DNA of 45,691 bases from Octopus bimaculoides. Taxonomy: Eukaryota. Below are positions 35,195 through 45,691 of this stretch, in pieces; the stretch's first letter is position 1; each line of letters begins with the position of its first letter. Made by a program: the position numbers and the translations under genes. The notes under the pieces are model-generated. The model did not search any database and was not told the DNA's origin. It saw only the letters and a program-made list of their open reading frames with translations. The stretch lies in contig NC_068988.1 of assembly GCF_001194135.2 (NCBI RefSeq), positions 41,049,009 through 41,094,699 on the forward strand, read 5' to 3'.

Positions 35195-36075
35195 CCGAAT
35201 TCTCCATTTTGACTAAAAATTTCATTTCTACAAGCTGAAGATCGTGCAAGAACTGAAGGAGAATGATCACTAATTGCAATTAGAATTCTATCAAAAAATT
35301 ATGGAAAACATCAATGAAAACAACGAATTTCTTGACAAGCTGTGGTTGTCAGACGAGGCTCATTTTCGTCTCACAGGCTATGTGAACAAACAGAAGTATC
35401 GGTACTGGGCAGACAGCTACCCTAAAAACCTTCATGAACGCCTTTTACACTGTATGGTGTGCAATCTCGTTACACGGTGTAGTCAGATCTTACCTTTTCG
35501 AAAATGAAGAGGAGATCACAACGGCTGTCACTTTGGGTCGATATGTTGGGATGCGCCGATCTTTTGTTGCATTTGCATTGAGCAATTTTCTGCAACTTCA
35601 CGATGGCGTGACATCATACACTACAATAGGATGATGCGATATCGCAAACTACAAAGCAATCAATGGCAGCTTTACAAAATCTGTTCGGTAGCCGTGTCGT
35701 GTCGTCTCGAGATTTGATGACATTCACTGGCTCCCAAGATCACCGGATGTGCCCGTTTGTGATTTTTTTCTTGTGGGGGTACCTTAAGAGTCGGGTCTAC
35801 ACTGTTCGGCCAAGACACTGGATGAACTGAAACAAAGAATTCAAGACGGAATTCGTAGTATACCAACTGAGATTTTGCACCAAGCAATGGGGAACCTCAG
35901 CGACAGATTGACAGAATGCATTTGTAGTAGAGAGTGCAATCTCCAGAATGTATTTGAGCCATCAATACTTTGGCTTGTTGACCATTAAAAGGTAAGTTGC
36001 TTACGTTCTGTCAATTTTTTTGATGTATTTAGATTTTTCCTATTTTGTTGGGCTTTTCAAAAGTTCCCGTTTTGG
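35195..36075 (+). mobile_element. 5'-truncated decayed Tc1/mariner transposase, rosa/DD41D-like
   Basis: HRILH..FHFYKLKIVQELKEND; LWLSDEAHFRLTGYVNKQKYRYWA; VWCAIS..V..YLFE; LHDGVTSYT; HWLPRSPDVPVCDFFLWGYLKSRVY; LDELKQRI. The subfamily call rests on the FSDEAHF/GYVNKQ/DFFLWG signatures; the D-D spacing cannot be counted exactly because of an indel. Confidence 0.85.
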
Positions 36076-36170
36076 GGAGGATCATGTGTGTGTGTGTGTG
36101 TAGCGATATATTAACATAATTGTCACTCTCTGCAATAGTTATGTTTGTATAATATGCAAAAGAATTTTGT

Positions 36171-36389
36171 AAGGCGGCGAGCTGGCAGAAACGTTAGAAC
36201 GCCGGGCGAAATGCTTAGCAGTGTTTTATCTCTCTTTACGTTCTGAGTTCAAATTCCACCGAGGTCGACTTTGTCTTTCATCGTTTTCGGGTCGATAAAT
36301 TAAGTACCAGTTGCGTACTGGGGGCGATCTAATCGACTGGCCCCACCCCAAAAATTTTGGGGCTTGTGCCTAGAGTAGAAAAGAATATT
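36171..36389 (+). mobile_element. Full-length SINE family A, tail type 2
   Basis: aaggcggcgagctggcagaaacgttag...tgtgcctagagtagaaaagaat; caaaagaattt at 36157-36167 and 36390-36400 is a possible TSD. Confidence 0.92.
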
Positions 36390-37173
36390 CAAAAGAATTT
36401 AGATGAGTACTACACTAGTGTATAATATATATGTTTGTGTGTAAATGTATGTATGTATATCAAGATAAACGTTAAAGAAGGAAATGGATGTGAAATGATA
36501 AATAGGAAGAGAAAGTTCATGAGAGAAGGGGAAGATGTAAAGAGAGAAAAAGAATGGGAGAGAAAGAAAGATGGAGTCACGGAGAGATAAAGTAATTAAA
36601 AAAGATATAAGAGAAAAGCCGTAAATATTAGCACCAAGAATATGACCATAAAAATGAAAGAAAAATTAAACAAATTAGAACAATATAGGGAAAAGTATAT
36701 AAAGAAACGTTAGCAACACCAACAGGAATAAAGAAAATCTACAATACAGACCAGAAGATTAATAAAACAAGCAGTAGAATAAAAAAATATCAGAAGCAAA
36801 AGCAAATTCTGAAAATGTCAGCGATAGCAACGGCAAGACGGTCGTCTGCCATTGGGTTTTCATTTAAAAGAAAATGTTTTTTTCTCACCCAATTACTATT
36901 TGTCCTTTCCGTTATATTATTACCATCTCAAGGAAATCTCTTCACTGAACTTTCTCTAAGGAACTGCATTGCCCTAAAGTGTATGTACCTCTTTGTGTGT
37001 GGGAGATGGGGTTGCACGGGTGTTATGTTTGATGTATCCATGTTTAAGTATACTTTCTTGCATTTAGGTGCTTATGTAAATTTGTATGTATATCCATATA
37101 TATGAGCGTATATGTGCTTATATGTGTGCACATCTATCTTATTTGTCTGTGAAGGTCCTTGCTCTTGTGCGTG

Positions 37174-37206
<33 letters not shown>

Positions 37207-38841
37207 NNNNNNNNNNNNNNNNNNNNNNNNNNNNNNNNNNNNNNNNNNNNNNNNNNNNNNNNNNNNNNNNNNNNNNNNNNNNNNNNNNNNNNNNNNNNNN
37301 NNNNNNNNNNNNNNNNNNNNNNNNNNNNNNNNNNNNNNNNNNNNNNNNNNNNNNNNNNNNNNNNNNNNNNNNNNNNNNNNNNNNNNNNNNNNNNNNNNNN
37401 NNNNNNNNNNNNNNNNNNNNNNNNNNNNNNNNNNNNNNNNNNNNNNNNNNNNNNNNNNNNNNNNNNNNNNNNNNNNNNNNNNNNNNNNNNNNNNNNNNNN
37501 NNNNNNNNNNNNNNNNNNNNNNNNNNNNNNNNNNNNNNNNNNNNNNNNNNNNNNNNNNNNNNNNNNNNNNNNNNNNNNNNNNNNNNNNNNNNNNNNNNNN
37601 NNNNNNNNNNNNNNNNNNNNNNNNNNNNNNNNNNNNNNNNNNNNNNNNNNNNNNNNNNNNNNNNNNNNNNNNNNNNNNNNNNNNNNNNNNNNNNNNNNNN
37701 NNNNNNNNNNNNNNNNNNNNNNNNNNNNNNNNNNNNNNNNNNNNNNNNNNNNNNNNNNNNNNNNNNNNNNNNNNNNNNNNNNNNNNNNNNNNNNNNNNNN
37801 NNNNNNNNNNNNNNNNNNNNNNNNNNNNNNNNNNNNNNNNNNNNNNNNNNNNNNNNNNNNNNNNNCGTACATATATATATTCAATGTAAATATGTATATA
37901 TGGTTCTTAGTATTATGTGTGTGTGTGTGTGTGCGCGCGCGCGCGCATGTGTGTGTGTGTGTGTGTGTACATATGTACAGAGACAGACAGACACGCTGAC
38001 AGACCTCCATGAAAATGTTGCTAACATTTATTGTTGAATTTGGTCAGGTTAAAAAATGCTTAATTGACAATCTTGAAGAAGTAGGATTTTTTGACAATAA
38101 TAATGACCTACTAACACACACTGTTCAAAACCATTCAACCTATAAGGGGATGAGTAAAACATACTAAACATTTTTTGAAAGTTCAGCATATAATGCATGT
38201 AGTCGTTGTATTTCAATTTCCAACCACAGCGATTTGATTCCTTGGTATTGACCAGTTTCCTTTTTGTATGAAGACTTAGGATAATTGAAAAATCAAAGAA
38301 AAATATCGCTAAGTACCTACTAACCTACCTCCCTACCTGCATGCATGCATGCATACATGCATACATACATACATACATACATACATACATACATACATAC
38401 ATACATACATGGCAGCTGTCAACTCATAGGTGAGTATGACCTTCACTGGCATCTTCACTTAACATCTTATCGTAGATGTTAAAGATAATGGCTGTCAGTT
38501 ATGCCCGTGCTGAAACATAAGTCAACAGCAGCTTGCGAAACAGAAACACCGTTAAGACACTCTGCTACAAAGCCAAGCAGTCCAGAAACAAGCAAGAGCA
38601 AGATCTCTGGCGCTGTAATTTCGGAATTGGCTTCTTCTCAAAGAGACACGTCTATGGATGACCATTGACTCTACTGGGTTCATATGTCCATGGACAGGTT
38701 TTCTTTTAATTCTACATGATATCCAACGAAAACGACTCTCCTTACCAAGTTGGTTTGGTAAGGTTACCTTTTTTTATATGGCAGATAACGGCCCAATCTT
38801 GTTACATGTTAACAGTAGGACTAACAATGACATACATGCAA

Positions 38842-38882
<41 letters not shown>

Positions 38883-38913
38883 GAGGCACACACGCACACA
38901 CATACACATATAT

Positions 38914-39119
38914 ATTCTTTTATTCTTTTACTTGTTTAAGTCATTTGACTGTGGCCATGCTGGAATACCGCTTTTTAGTCTAAGAAATCGACCCCTGGAC
39001 TTATTCTTCGTAAGCCTGGTGCTTATTCTGTCAGTATCTTCTGCCGAACCGCTGAGTCACGAGGGCGTAAACACACTAGCATCGGTTGTCAAGTGATGGT
39101 GGGGGGACAAACACGTGCA

Positions 39120-39120
<1 letters not shown>
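38914..39120 (-). mobile_element. 3' module of SINE family B
   Basis: attcttttattcttttacttgttt..gtcatttgactgtggccatgctgg...gccgaaccgct...catcggttgtcaag...ggggggacaaacac. Confidence 0.85.
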
Positions 39121-39179
<59 letters not shown>

Positions 39180-39509
39180 CATATATATATANNNNNNNNN
39201 NNNNNNNNNNNNNNNNNNNNNNNNNNNNNNNNNNNNNNNNNNNNNNNNNNNNNNNNNNNNNNNNNNNNNNNNNNNNNNNNNNNNNNNNNNNNNNNNNNNN
39301 NNNNNNNNNNNNNNNNNNNNNNNNNNNNNNNNNNNNNNNNNNNNNNNNNNNNNNNNNNNNNNNNNNNNNNNNNNNNNNNNNNNNNNNNNNNNNNNNNNNN
39401 NNNNNNNNNNNNNNNNNNNNNNNNNNNNNNNNNNNNNNNNNNNNNNNNNNNNNNNNNNNNNNNNNNNNNNNNNNNNNNNNNNNNNNNNNNNNNNNNNNNN
39501 NNNNNNNNN

Positions 39510-39552
<43 letters not shown>

Positions 39553-40006
39553 CATACTTACATACATACATACTTATATACATACATACGATGACAGTGA
39601 AGATATAAAGTATTAGAAAACTCTACTACCATTTCGTATTAGAATTTTTGTAATATCATTTCTGAAAATGCGCATAAATAAAAATCGAGTCACAGTCAAG
39701 TAACAAACCCGGAAAATATGCAAAAGCGTCATCCACGTATTGTTATTTACAAACGGGTGTATGTATATGAAATGAATTCATTAGAAAATTATTAGAGCAA
39801 AAATTAGGTATCCAAAACTGTTCCTTGAGAAACATTTGGACTCAAATACCGCTATGATCAAAATATCAGGAAAATGAAAAGCATCAGAACTACAAAACGT
39901 TGTTCTCATTGATATCACCCACATCCTTTATTATACATTATCAACCTGAAACTATTCCAGTGGAAGATGTTTTCCTTTTGATGCTGTTATTATTGCTGTT
40001 AGCAGT

Positions 40007-40878
40007 AAGGCGGCGAGCTGGCAGAATTGTTAACACGCCGGGCGAAATGCTTAGTGGTATTTTGTCTGCAGTTACGTACTGAGTTCAAATTCCACCGAGG
40101 TCGACTTTGCCTTTCATCCTTTCGGGGTCGATAAATTAAGTACCTGTTGCGCACTAGCGTCGATGTAATCGACTTGATCCCTTTGTCTGTCCTTGTTTAT
40201 CCCCTCTATGTTTAGCCCCTTTGTGGGCAATAAAGAAATAAGAATTGTTTGCGCGCCCGACGAAATGCTCAGCGGTATTTCACCCGTCGCTTCGTTCTGG
40301 GTTCAAATTTCACCGAGGACGACCTTGCCTTTCATCCTTTCACAGGGTCGATAAATTAAGTACCAGTAGAGTGCTGGAGTCGATGTAATCGACTTAACCC
40401 CTCCACCGAAATTTCAGACCCTGTGCCTATAGTAGAAAGGATTAAAAATGTCAGTAGTAAGGCGGCACGCTAGCAGAATAGTTACTACTCCGGACAAAAT
40501 GCTTAGCAGCATTTCGTGCGTTTTTACGCTCTGCGTTCAAATACTGCAGGAGTCGACTTTGCCGTTCATCCTTTTGTGGGGTCAATAAAATAAGTTCCAG
40601 TTGACTATTGGGATCTGTTTAATCGACTTTCACCTCCCACGAAAGTTGCTGGTCAAAATTTGAACTCATTAGTGCTGCAAGGCGGCGAATTGGCAGAAAT
40701 GGTTGCACGCCGGGCAAAATGCTTAGCGGCATTTTTCCCTGTCATTACATTCTGAGTTCAAATGCCACCGAGGTCAACTTCACCTTTTATCATTTGGGTC
40801 GTTGAAATAAGTATCGGTTGAGTACTGAGGTTAGAAATCAACTTACTTCCTCCCATTTAATTTCAGACCCTGTGTAGA
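40007..40878 (+). mobile_element. Head-to-tail array of four SINE family A copies with different tails
   Basis: Copies at ~40007-40241 (tail 1), 40242-40440 (5'-truncated, tail 2), 40459-40670 (tail 3) and 40679-40878 (tail 2-like). Confidence 0.88.
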
Positions 40879-41359
40879 TACGATTATTACAATTAATAGT
40901 ATAAATATTATGCTTCCGTTGTGGCTATCCTTGTTGTTGACATGTTGCTGTTGTTGTTGCTGATGTCACTACTACTGTTCTTTTGTGCAGCTATTGATAC
41001 TGTCAGTGCTACTGCTGTCGCTGCAGCTAATGATGCTGCCTTTGTTTAACTTTTAGCTTTTTTTGTTTGTTTGTTTTTTCCTTTTGTCCACCGTCAGTGC
41101 TGCTGTTCCTGCTTTCACTAATGTTGTTGTTTTACTGCTATTTTCATTTGCTTTTATAGCAGTAGTCCAAAATTTAAACTTTGAACATTGAACTATCAGC
41201 TATGAAAATTCCTCCTCTTCTTCCGTGAGCAGAATGCCATTGTTGTTAACATTATTGCTGCTACAGTTGTTAAAACTTTTATCAAAAACGTATGCGAGTT
41301 CGGGCAAAAAATGTAAAAACTATTCGAAAATTTTGAAAATTGCTGTTGTTGTTGTTGTT

Positions 41360-41560
41360 AAGGCGTTAGTACACGGTACAAAATGCTTAGTGGCATTTCT
41401 TCCGGCTCCTTAGATTCTGGGTTCAAATTTCCTAATGGTTGATTTTACATTTCATACTTTCTGGGTCGATGAAATAAGTACTATTTAAGTTCTAGGATCG
41501 ATGTAATCGACTAGCCCCCTCTCCCAAAATTTCATGTCTTGTGCCTATAGCAGAAAGGAA
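41360..41560 (+). mobile_element. Diverged SINE family A, tail type 2
   Basis: aaatgcttagtggcattt...gggttcaaatt...gatgtaatcgact...gtgcctatagcagaaagg. Confidence 0.8.
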
Positions 41561-41865
41561 TGTTATTGTTCTTAATTTTGTAGTTTCGGTGTTGTGTGGC
41601 AGTTCTGATTTTTGTCTTTACTATCACTGTTTTCATTATCACGGTTAATATTTTTCTAATATAATTTTAGCTTTTTACGCTTCCTGTAATAAAAAGCATT
41701 ACCAGCATTTTCATTGTCATCAACATACCTTTATCGCATTTTTACATTTACAGTGTATATGGAAGTATAATACTTCCGCATTTCTGTAGACTCCTCTGGG
41801 AAAACGAGAGCCGTAACATCTAGTCTGTCTTTCTCTTCCACGGTGTGCATGTGTATATGTATATG

Positions 41866-41899
<34 letters not shown>

Positions 41900-42024
41900 C
41901 ATACATACATACGTAGCTGATTTTTTTAAAAAAACATACTTTAATAAGCTTCCAGATGAAATGCCAGAAATGTTTGAATGAGCATACAAGACTATCTATT
42001 AGAGTGTATGCAAGTATACCTCTA

Positions 42025-42064
<40 letters not shown>

Positions 42065-42189
42065 CGCGTGTGTGTATATATACGTACACATAAGTATGCA
42101 TGTATGTAAATATATGAAAATATTTGTGTATATATTTCTGGGTATGTTAAGTATGTAGCGAGTGAGAGAAAGAGAGAGAGGGGGGAAGT

Positions 42190-42302
42190 GACAGACAGAC
42201 AGACAGACAGGCAGGCAGACAAACAGACAGACAGACGGAAAGACAGACAGACAGACAGACAGACAGGCAGGCAGACAGACAGAAAGACAGACCGACAGAC
42301 AG
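42190..42302. repeat. (GACA)n/(GGCA) tetranucleotide tract
   Basis: Directly visible. Confidence 0.9.
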
Positions 42303-44254
42303 ATATAGTGTATATATAATATAGGTGGAAATTGGATTTTTTTCTAGATAGTCAAACAACCTGTTATTTTTCTCTCCTCACTGTAACGACCTCTGACACA
42401 AAATTACCCGAAGTAATAGATCATCTAACTTTCAATATAGCTGCATGTGTGTTTGTGCGTGAGTGTGTGTGTGTGTGTGTGTGCGTGTGTGTATGTGTGT
42501 GATCATATTGCGGAAGGGATGGAGGAAAAAATAATGAAAGAACGTAAATAGAATTGAAATAAATAAAAAAAATAGTGAATAAATGTGAGGAAAGGAACTA
42601 TGAAAGGGAAGGTATAATAATATATTATAAAATGAGGAAATACCGTCGTTTAATAATACGAGGAAATAGGAAAGAAACACAGTGTATAGAAAAACTTATA
42701 GAAAATGAAGGTGAAAATAGATACCTAGTGAACATATTGTAAAATGGAAGTTGTGAAGAGCGAGCTAGGCTCTAATCAAGCATACCGATGGGACGTAATT
42801 CATCGGCTGAACGACGAGGCATAACCTACAGATTTATTGTACTACATATATATATACCATGTCTACGAATAGATGACAACTATACAGCACACTCTGATAT
42901 GCAGTGTTTAATCGTATGGGAGTGCAATGTGTCACACTAGAAATTGTCGTATTCTCGAGTCAACGAGAAACCTTTACTCGCTCACTCGAACTATTAGAAT
43001 TAGTAATCAAATCTTTTTGAAAGTTCATTGTACTGTATTTGAATGAGTGAATATTCTGAATAAATTCTTCTTGAATACGATATGCCAGAAAATAAGACCA
43101 GATGTTTTCGGCTGGTATTTCTGTCAAACGAGAAAAATAGAAGTGGGAAAGTGTCGTAAAATATTTTACTATCTAATTATTTATTCGTTGGTTAAATAAA
43201 CAACAAACCATTTAGATTACAGTGAAAACGAAATGGTGAGCACTTTGATACACGCGAAAACACACACGCATTCAGCTACTAAATTTACGATTACATAAAA
43301 TTGGGATTGAACATTTGTAAGATTGCTGTTTGCGTATATTTACACAGAAACATTTGTGTATGTGTGGTGAATAATATCAGTAAACCAAAGTTTATGAAAA
43401 ATACAGGCAATACAAATAGAAGCGAATTTCCTATTTAAAACAACTAATAAAAGCAACAGACTAGTTTCGAATATATTAGAACTTATCGAAAAAGATCGAA
43501 CTCTTTCTTTTCTTGACCATGCAAGTTAAGATACTTGGAATCATTTTTCTTTCATTTCATCCAGTTCAGTTTCGGTTAAACGACGGCCATTCAGTGCCGG
43601 CTTTGTACATCCAATATTTTGCGATGGAAATATTATAGACCCGTTTGTTCAACTTGAGAACAAAGCAAGTCTCAAATTTGACTTGCAGAAACAAGTACTC
43701 TTTCAGCGCTAAATAATTATTTTTCCATGTGTCTGATGTGGATTCTTTTGGTTTTGCTTTTTGCACTGCTTTACTATATTTCATATTCATAGTAATGTAA
43801 ATTAATGTCGTAGCAATAAATATCCTGATTTCTTGCTAAATATAACCCGAACACTTAATGGTCTTATGTTTGAGATCAATCGAAATGTTGTTTAAATCCT
43901 TCACATTTATGCACATATACACCTGTATAGTTGTAGGTTGGGCATACACGTATGTGCATATATACATCTGTCGCAAGTAGGATCGTTAGAGATGTGGACA
44001 AAATACCTTGTAATGTTAAATTAAATCTACTTTGAGTTCAAATAGCTAGAAAATACACACACACACCACACACACACACACACACCACACACACACACAC
44101 CACACACATACACACACACACATATATATGAGTGTTTATATATATATATAAACACTCATGTATATATAAATATACATACATGAGTGTTTATATACATACA
44201 TACATACATACATACATGCGTACACACAAACATATATGCACATACATAACGACA

Positions 44255-44430
44255 CATAGGTTAGGGTGTTCTCATCCTGAGTTCGATTGTCAAACCGAGC
44301 GACGTTTATGGACCTTGAACAAAGCACTTCACTTAACGCGCCTTAATTTTACTCACCTAAAAATGAGTGCCAGTTGTAACTACGGGTTAAAAAAGCGATG
44401 AACTGGTGCCCCATCCTGCGGATAGTTTTG
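44255..44430 (+). mobile_element. Probable third, old tRNA-derived SINE
   Basis: B-box-like gagttcgatt, then ggaccttgaacaaagcactt (CORE-like), aaaaatgagtgccag and gcgatgaactggtgccccatcc; a single diverged copy. Confidence 0.5.
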
Positions 44431-45077
44431 TGCTTCCAGTAGTTTATACACCTTGAAACCCGGAAGAATCTTTTACTGAATGAGACTGTAATTTTGAGAT
44501 TAACATTTTGACTAACCGGAACCGGTGTGTGTGTGTGCGTGTGTGCGTGCGTGCGAGTGAGCAAGGAAGGAGGATGGAGCTTAAATTTCTAGTAACATCA
44601 TATGAAACAACGACTGTATCACTGAAGCAACAGCTGCAGTAGTGAAAAGAACTCAAAAATACCAACTATAATATCAATATCAGTAACAGTATCAACAGCA
44701 ACAAAATTAACAATAACAGCAGGTGTAGTTAACTTTAATAAAAGTACATACAACTAAATTATAGAGGTTTCTGTTTAGCTTGACTGTAATTGTGCCTCTT
44801 GAAGTTCATATGACGCCTGTGAATCAAGGTGACACTTTCAATTGACAATGAGAATGCATGGAGTGTTGAAATTCACCTGTTAATGGGATGCGAAAAGATC
44901 TCTCACAGGTAAATGGAAAATTTTAACTCACCCGTCAACAGACAGTAGTTATCTTCCCAGTCAATTCACTTACTAAGCAGGTCAATGCATTTACTGGGCT
45001 AGTGGCAGAGTTGTAATATGAAATGATCTTCTGGCTTAAGCCAACATGATTTTATCTAGCAACTACTATAAGCAAAT

Positions 45078-45240
45078 AGGTGCAGGTATGGCCGTGTGAT
45101 CAGAAGCTTGCTCCCAACGACATGGTTCCGGGTTCAGCTCCAATGTGTGGTACCTTGGGTGAGTGTCTTCAACTATAGACCGGCCAACCAAAGCCTTGTG
45201 AGTGGATTTAGTAGAAAGAAACTAAAAGAAGCCTGTCGTA
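45078..45240 (+). mobile_element. 5' half of SINE family B
   Basis: ggtgcaggtatggccgtgtgatcagaagcttgctcccaac..catggttccgggttcag (B-box-like)..accttgggtgagtgtctt..ccaaagccttgtgagtggattt..gaagcctgtcgtatat. Confidence 0.88.
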
Positions 45241-45691
45241 TATGTGTATGTGTGTGTGCGTGAGGGGGGGGGGGCTTGTGTGTAGCACTGGGAAAAAATA
45301 TCATCTACAAAGGTATCTCATCAAAAACCAGATGACTGGGGAGCGACGCGGGCCCAGATTGAAAACGCCATTCTGAGAAAAGACCATTCTGAGAGATAAA
45401 ACTTACGTCGACCGTGGGAGACGCTTTGGCACAGTTGAGATGAGACACCTAACTTAGAAATCCAAACAAACTATAACAACAACCCCCAAAAGTGATTAAT
45501 TGTGGCTAATTCCGCCATACCACCGTCGGAGGGTGGTTAAAATAAGGATAGCCCACCAGAAGTGTTTTCACATAACGTAGAGCTGTTACTATCAAATTAA
45601 CCATGTTCTAGGCGAATACTGGTTGTCGAAGACGACCTAAGTTATTTAATTCTAAGTTTATACATATACATACATACATACATACATATAT

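Larger units (their letters stand above)
4642..39509. other. About 15 assembly gaps (N runs) between these coordinates, e.g. 4642-5240, 13378-13970, 17934-18478, 37207-37865
   Basis: N runs bordered by (TG)n, (TA)n, (GA)n or (GGC)n, as expected when short reads fail across microsatellites. Confidence 0.95.

Noticed and set aside
36171-36270. tRNA-like A/B boxes in SINE heads
   Set aside because: No complete cloverleaf, and each runs into a SINE body; called as SINEs, not tRNA genes.
4570-39616. Long ORFs of 150-400 aa in the track
   Set aside because: They span N-gaps and translate dinucleotide repeats (poly-HT, CV, YI, RE); not genes.
45330-45660. Possible further PLE 3' end with degenerate hammerhead (ctaggcga...gtc-gaagac) before a TACA repeat
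   Set aside because: The core is too degraded and I found no convincing GIY-YIG translation; needs a profile search.

Overview
This is AT-rich, repeat-saturated eukaryotic DNA from a draft assembly, with about 15 N-gaps that are almost all flanked by microsatellites. The SINE families look like those of octopod cephalopods, so an Octopus-like source is inferred from memory, not from a search. I found no supportable host protein-coding gene, rRNA, tRNA gene or CRISPR array. Nearly all long ORFs in the track are microsatellite or N-gap artefacts. Recognisable content: (i) decayed DNA transposons, namely a mariner, an internally deleted Tc1, a rosa/DD41D-like element and a 214-bp MITE; (ii) three remnants of RLE-type (R4/Dong-like) non-LTR retrotransposons, one with an intact 3' end and a (TAA)n tail; (iii) a Penelope-like element with a GIY-YIG remnant and a terminal hammerhead motif, plus a solo copy of that terminus; (iv) about 25 SINE copies or fragments from two main tRNA-derived families, often nested, tandem or inverted. 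The most notable signal is at 1884-2830: a non-coding ~350-bp head-to-tail dimer embedded in (TA)n. Its second copy carries a type I hammerhead ribozyme with a complete catalytic core, which is the architecture of a retrozyme-like, potentially circRNA-producing element. All ribozyme calls are by-eye structure matches and need covariance-model and biochemical tests.
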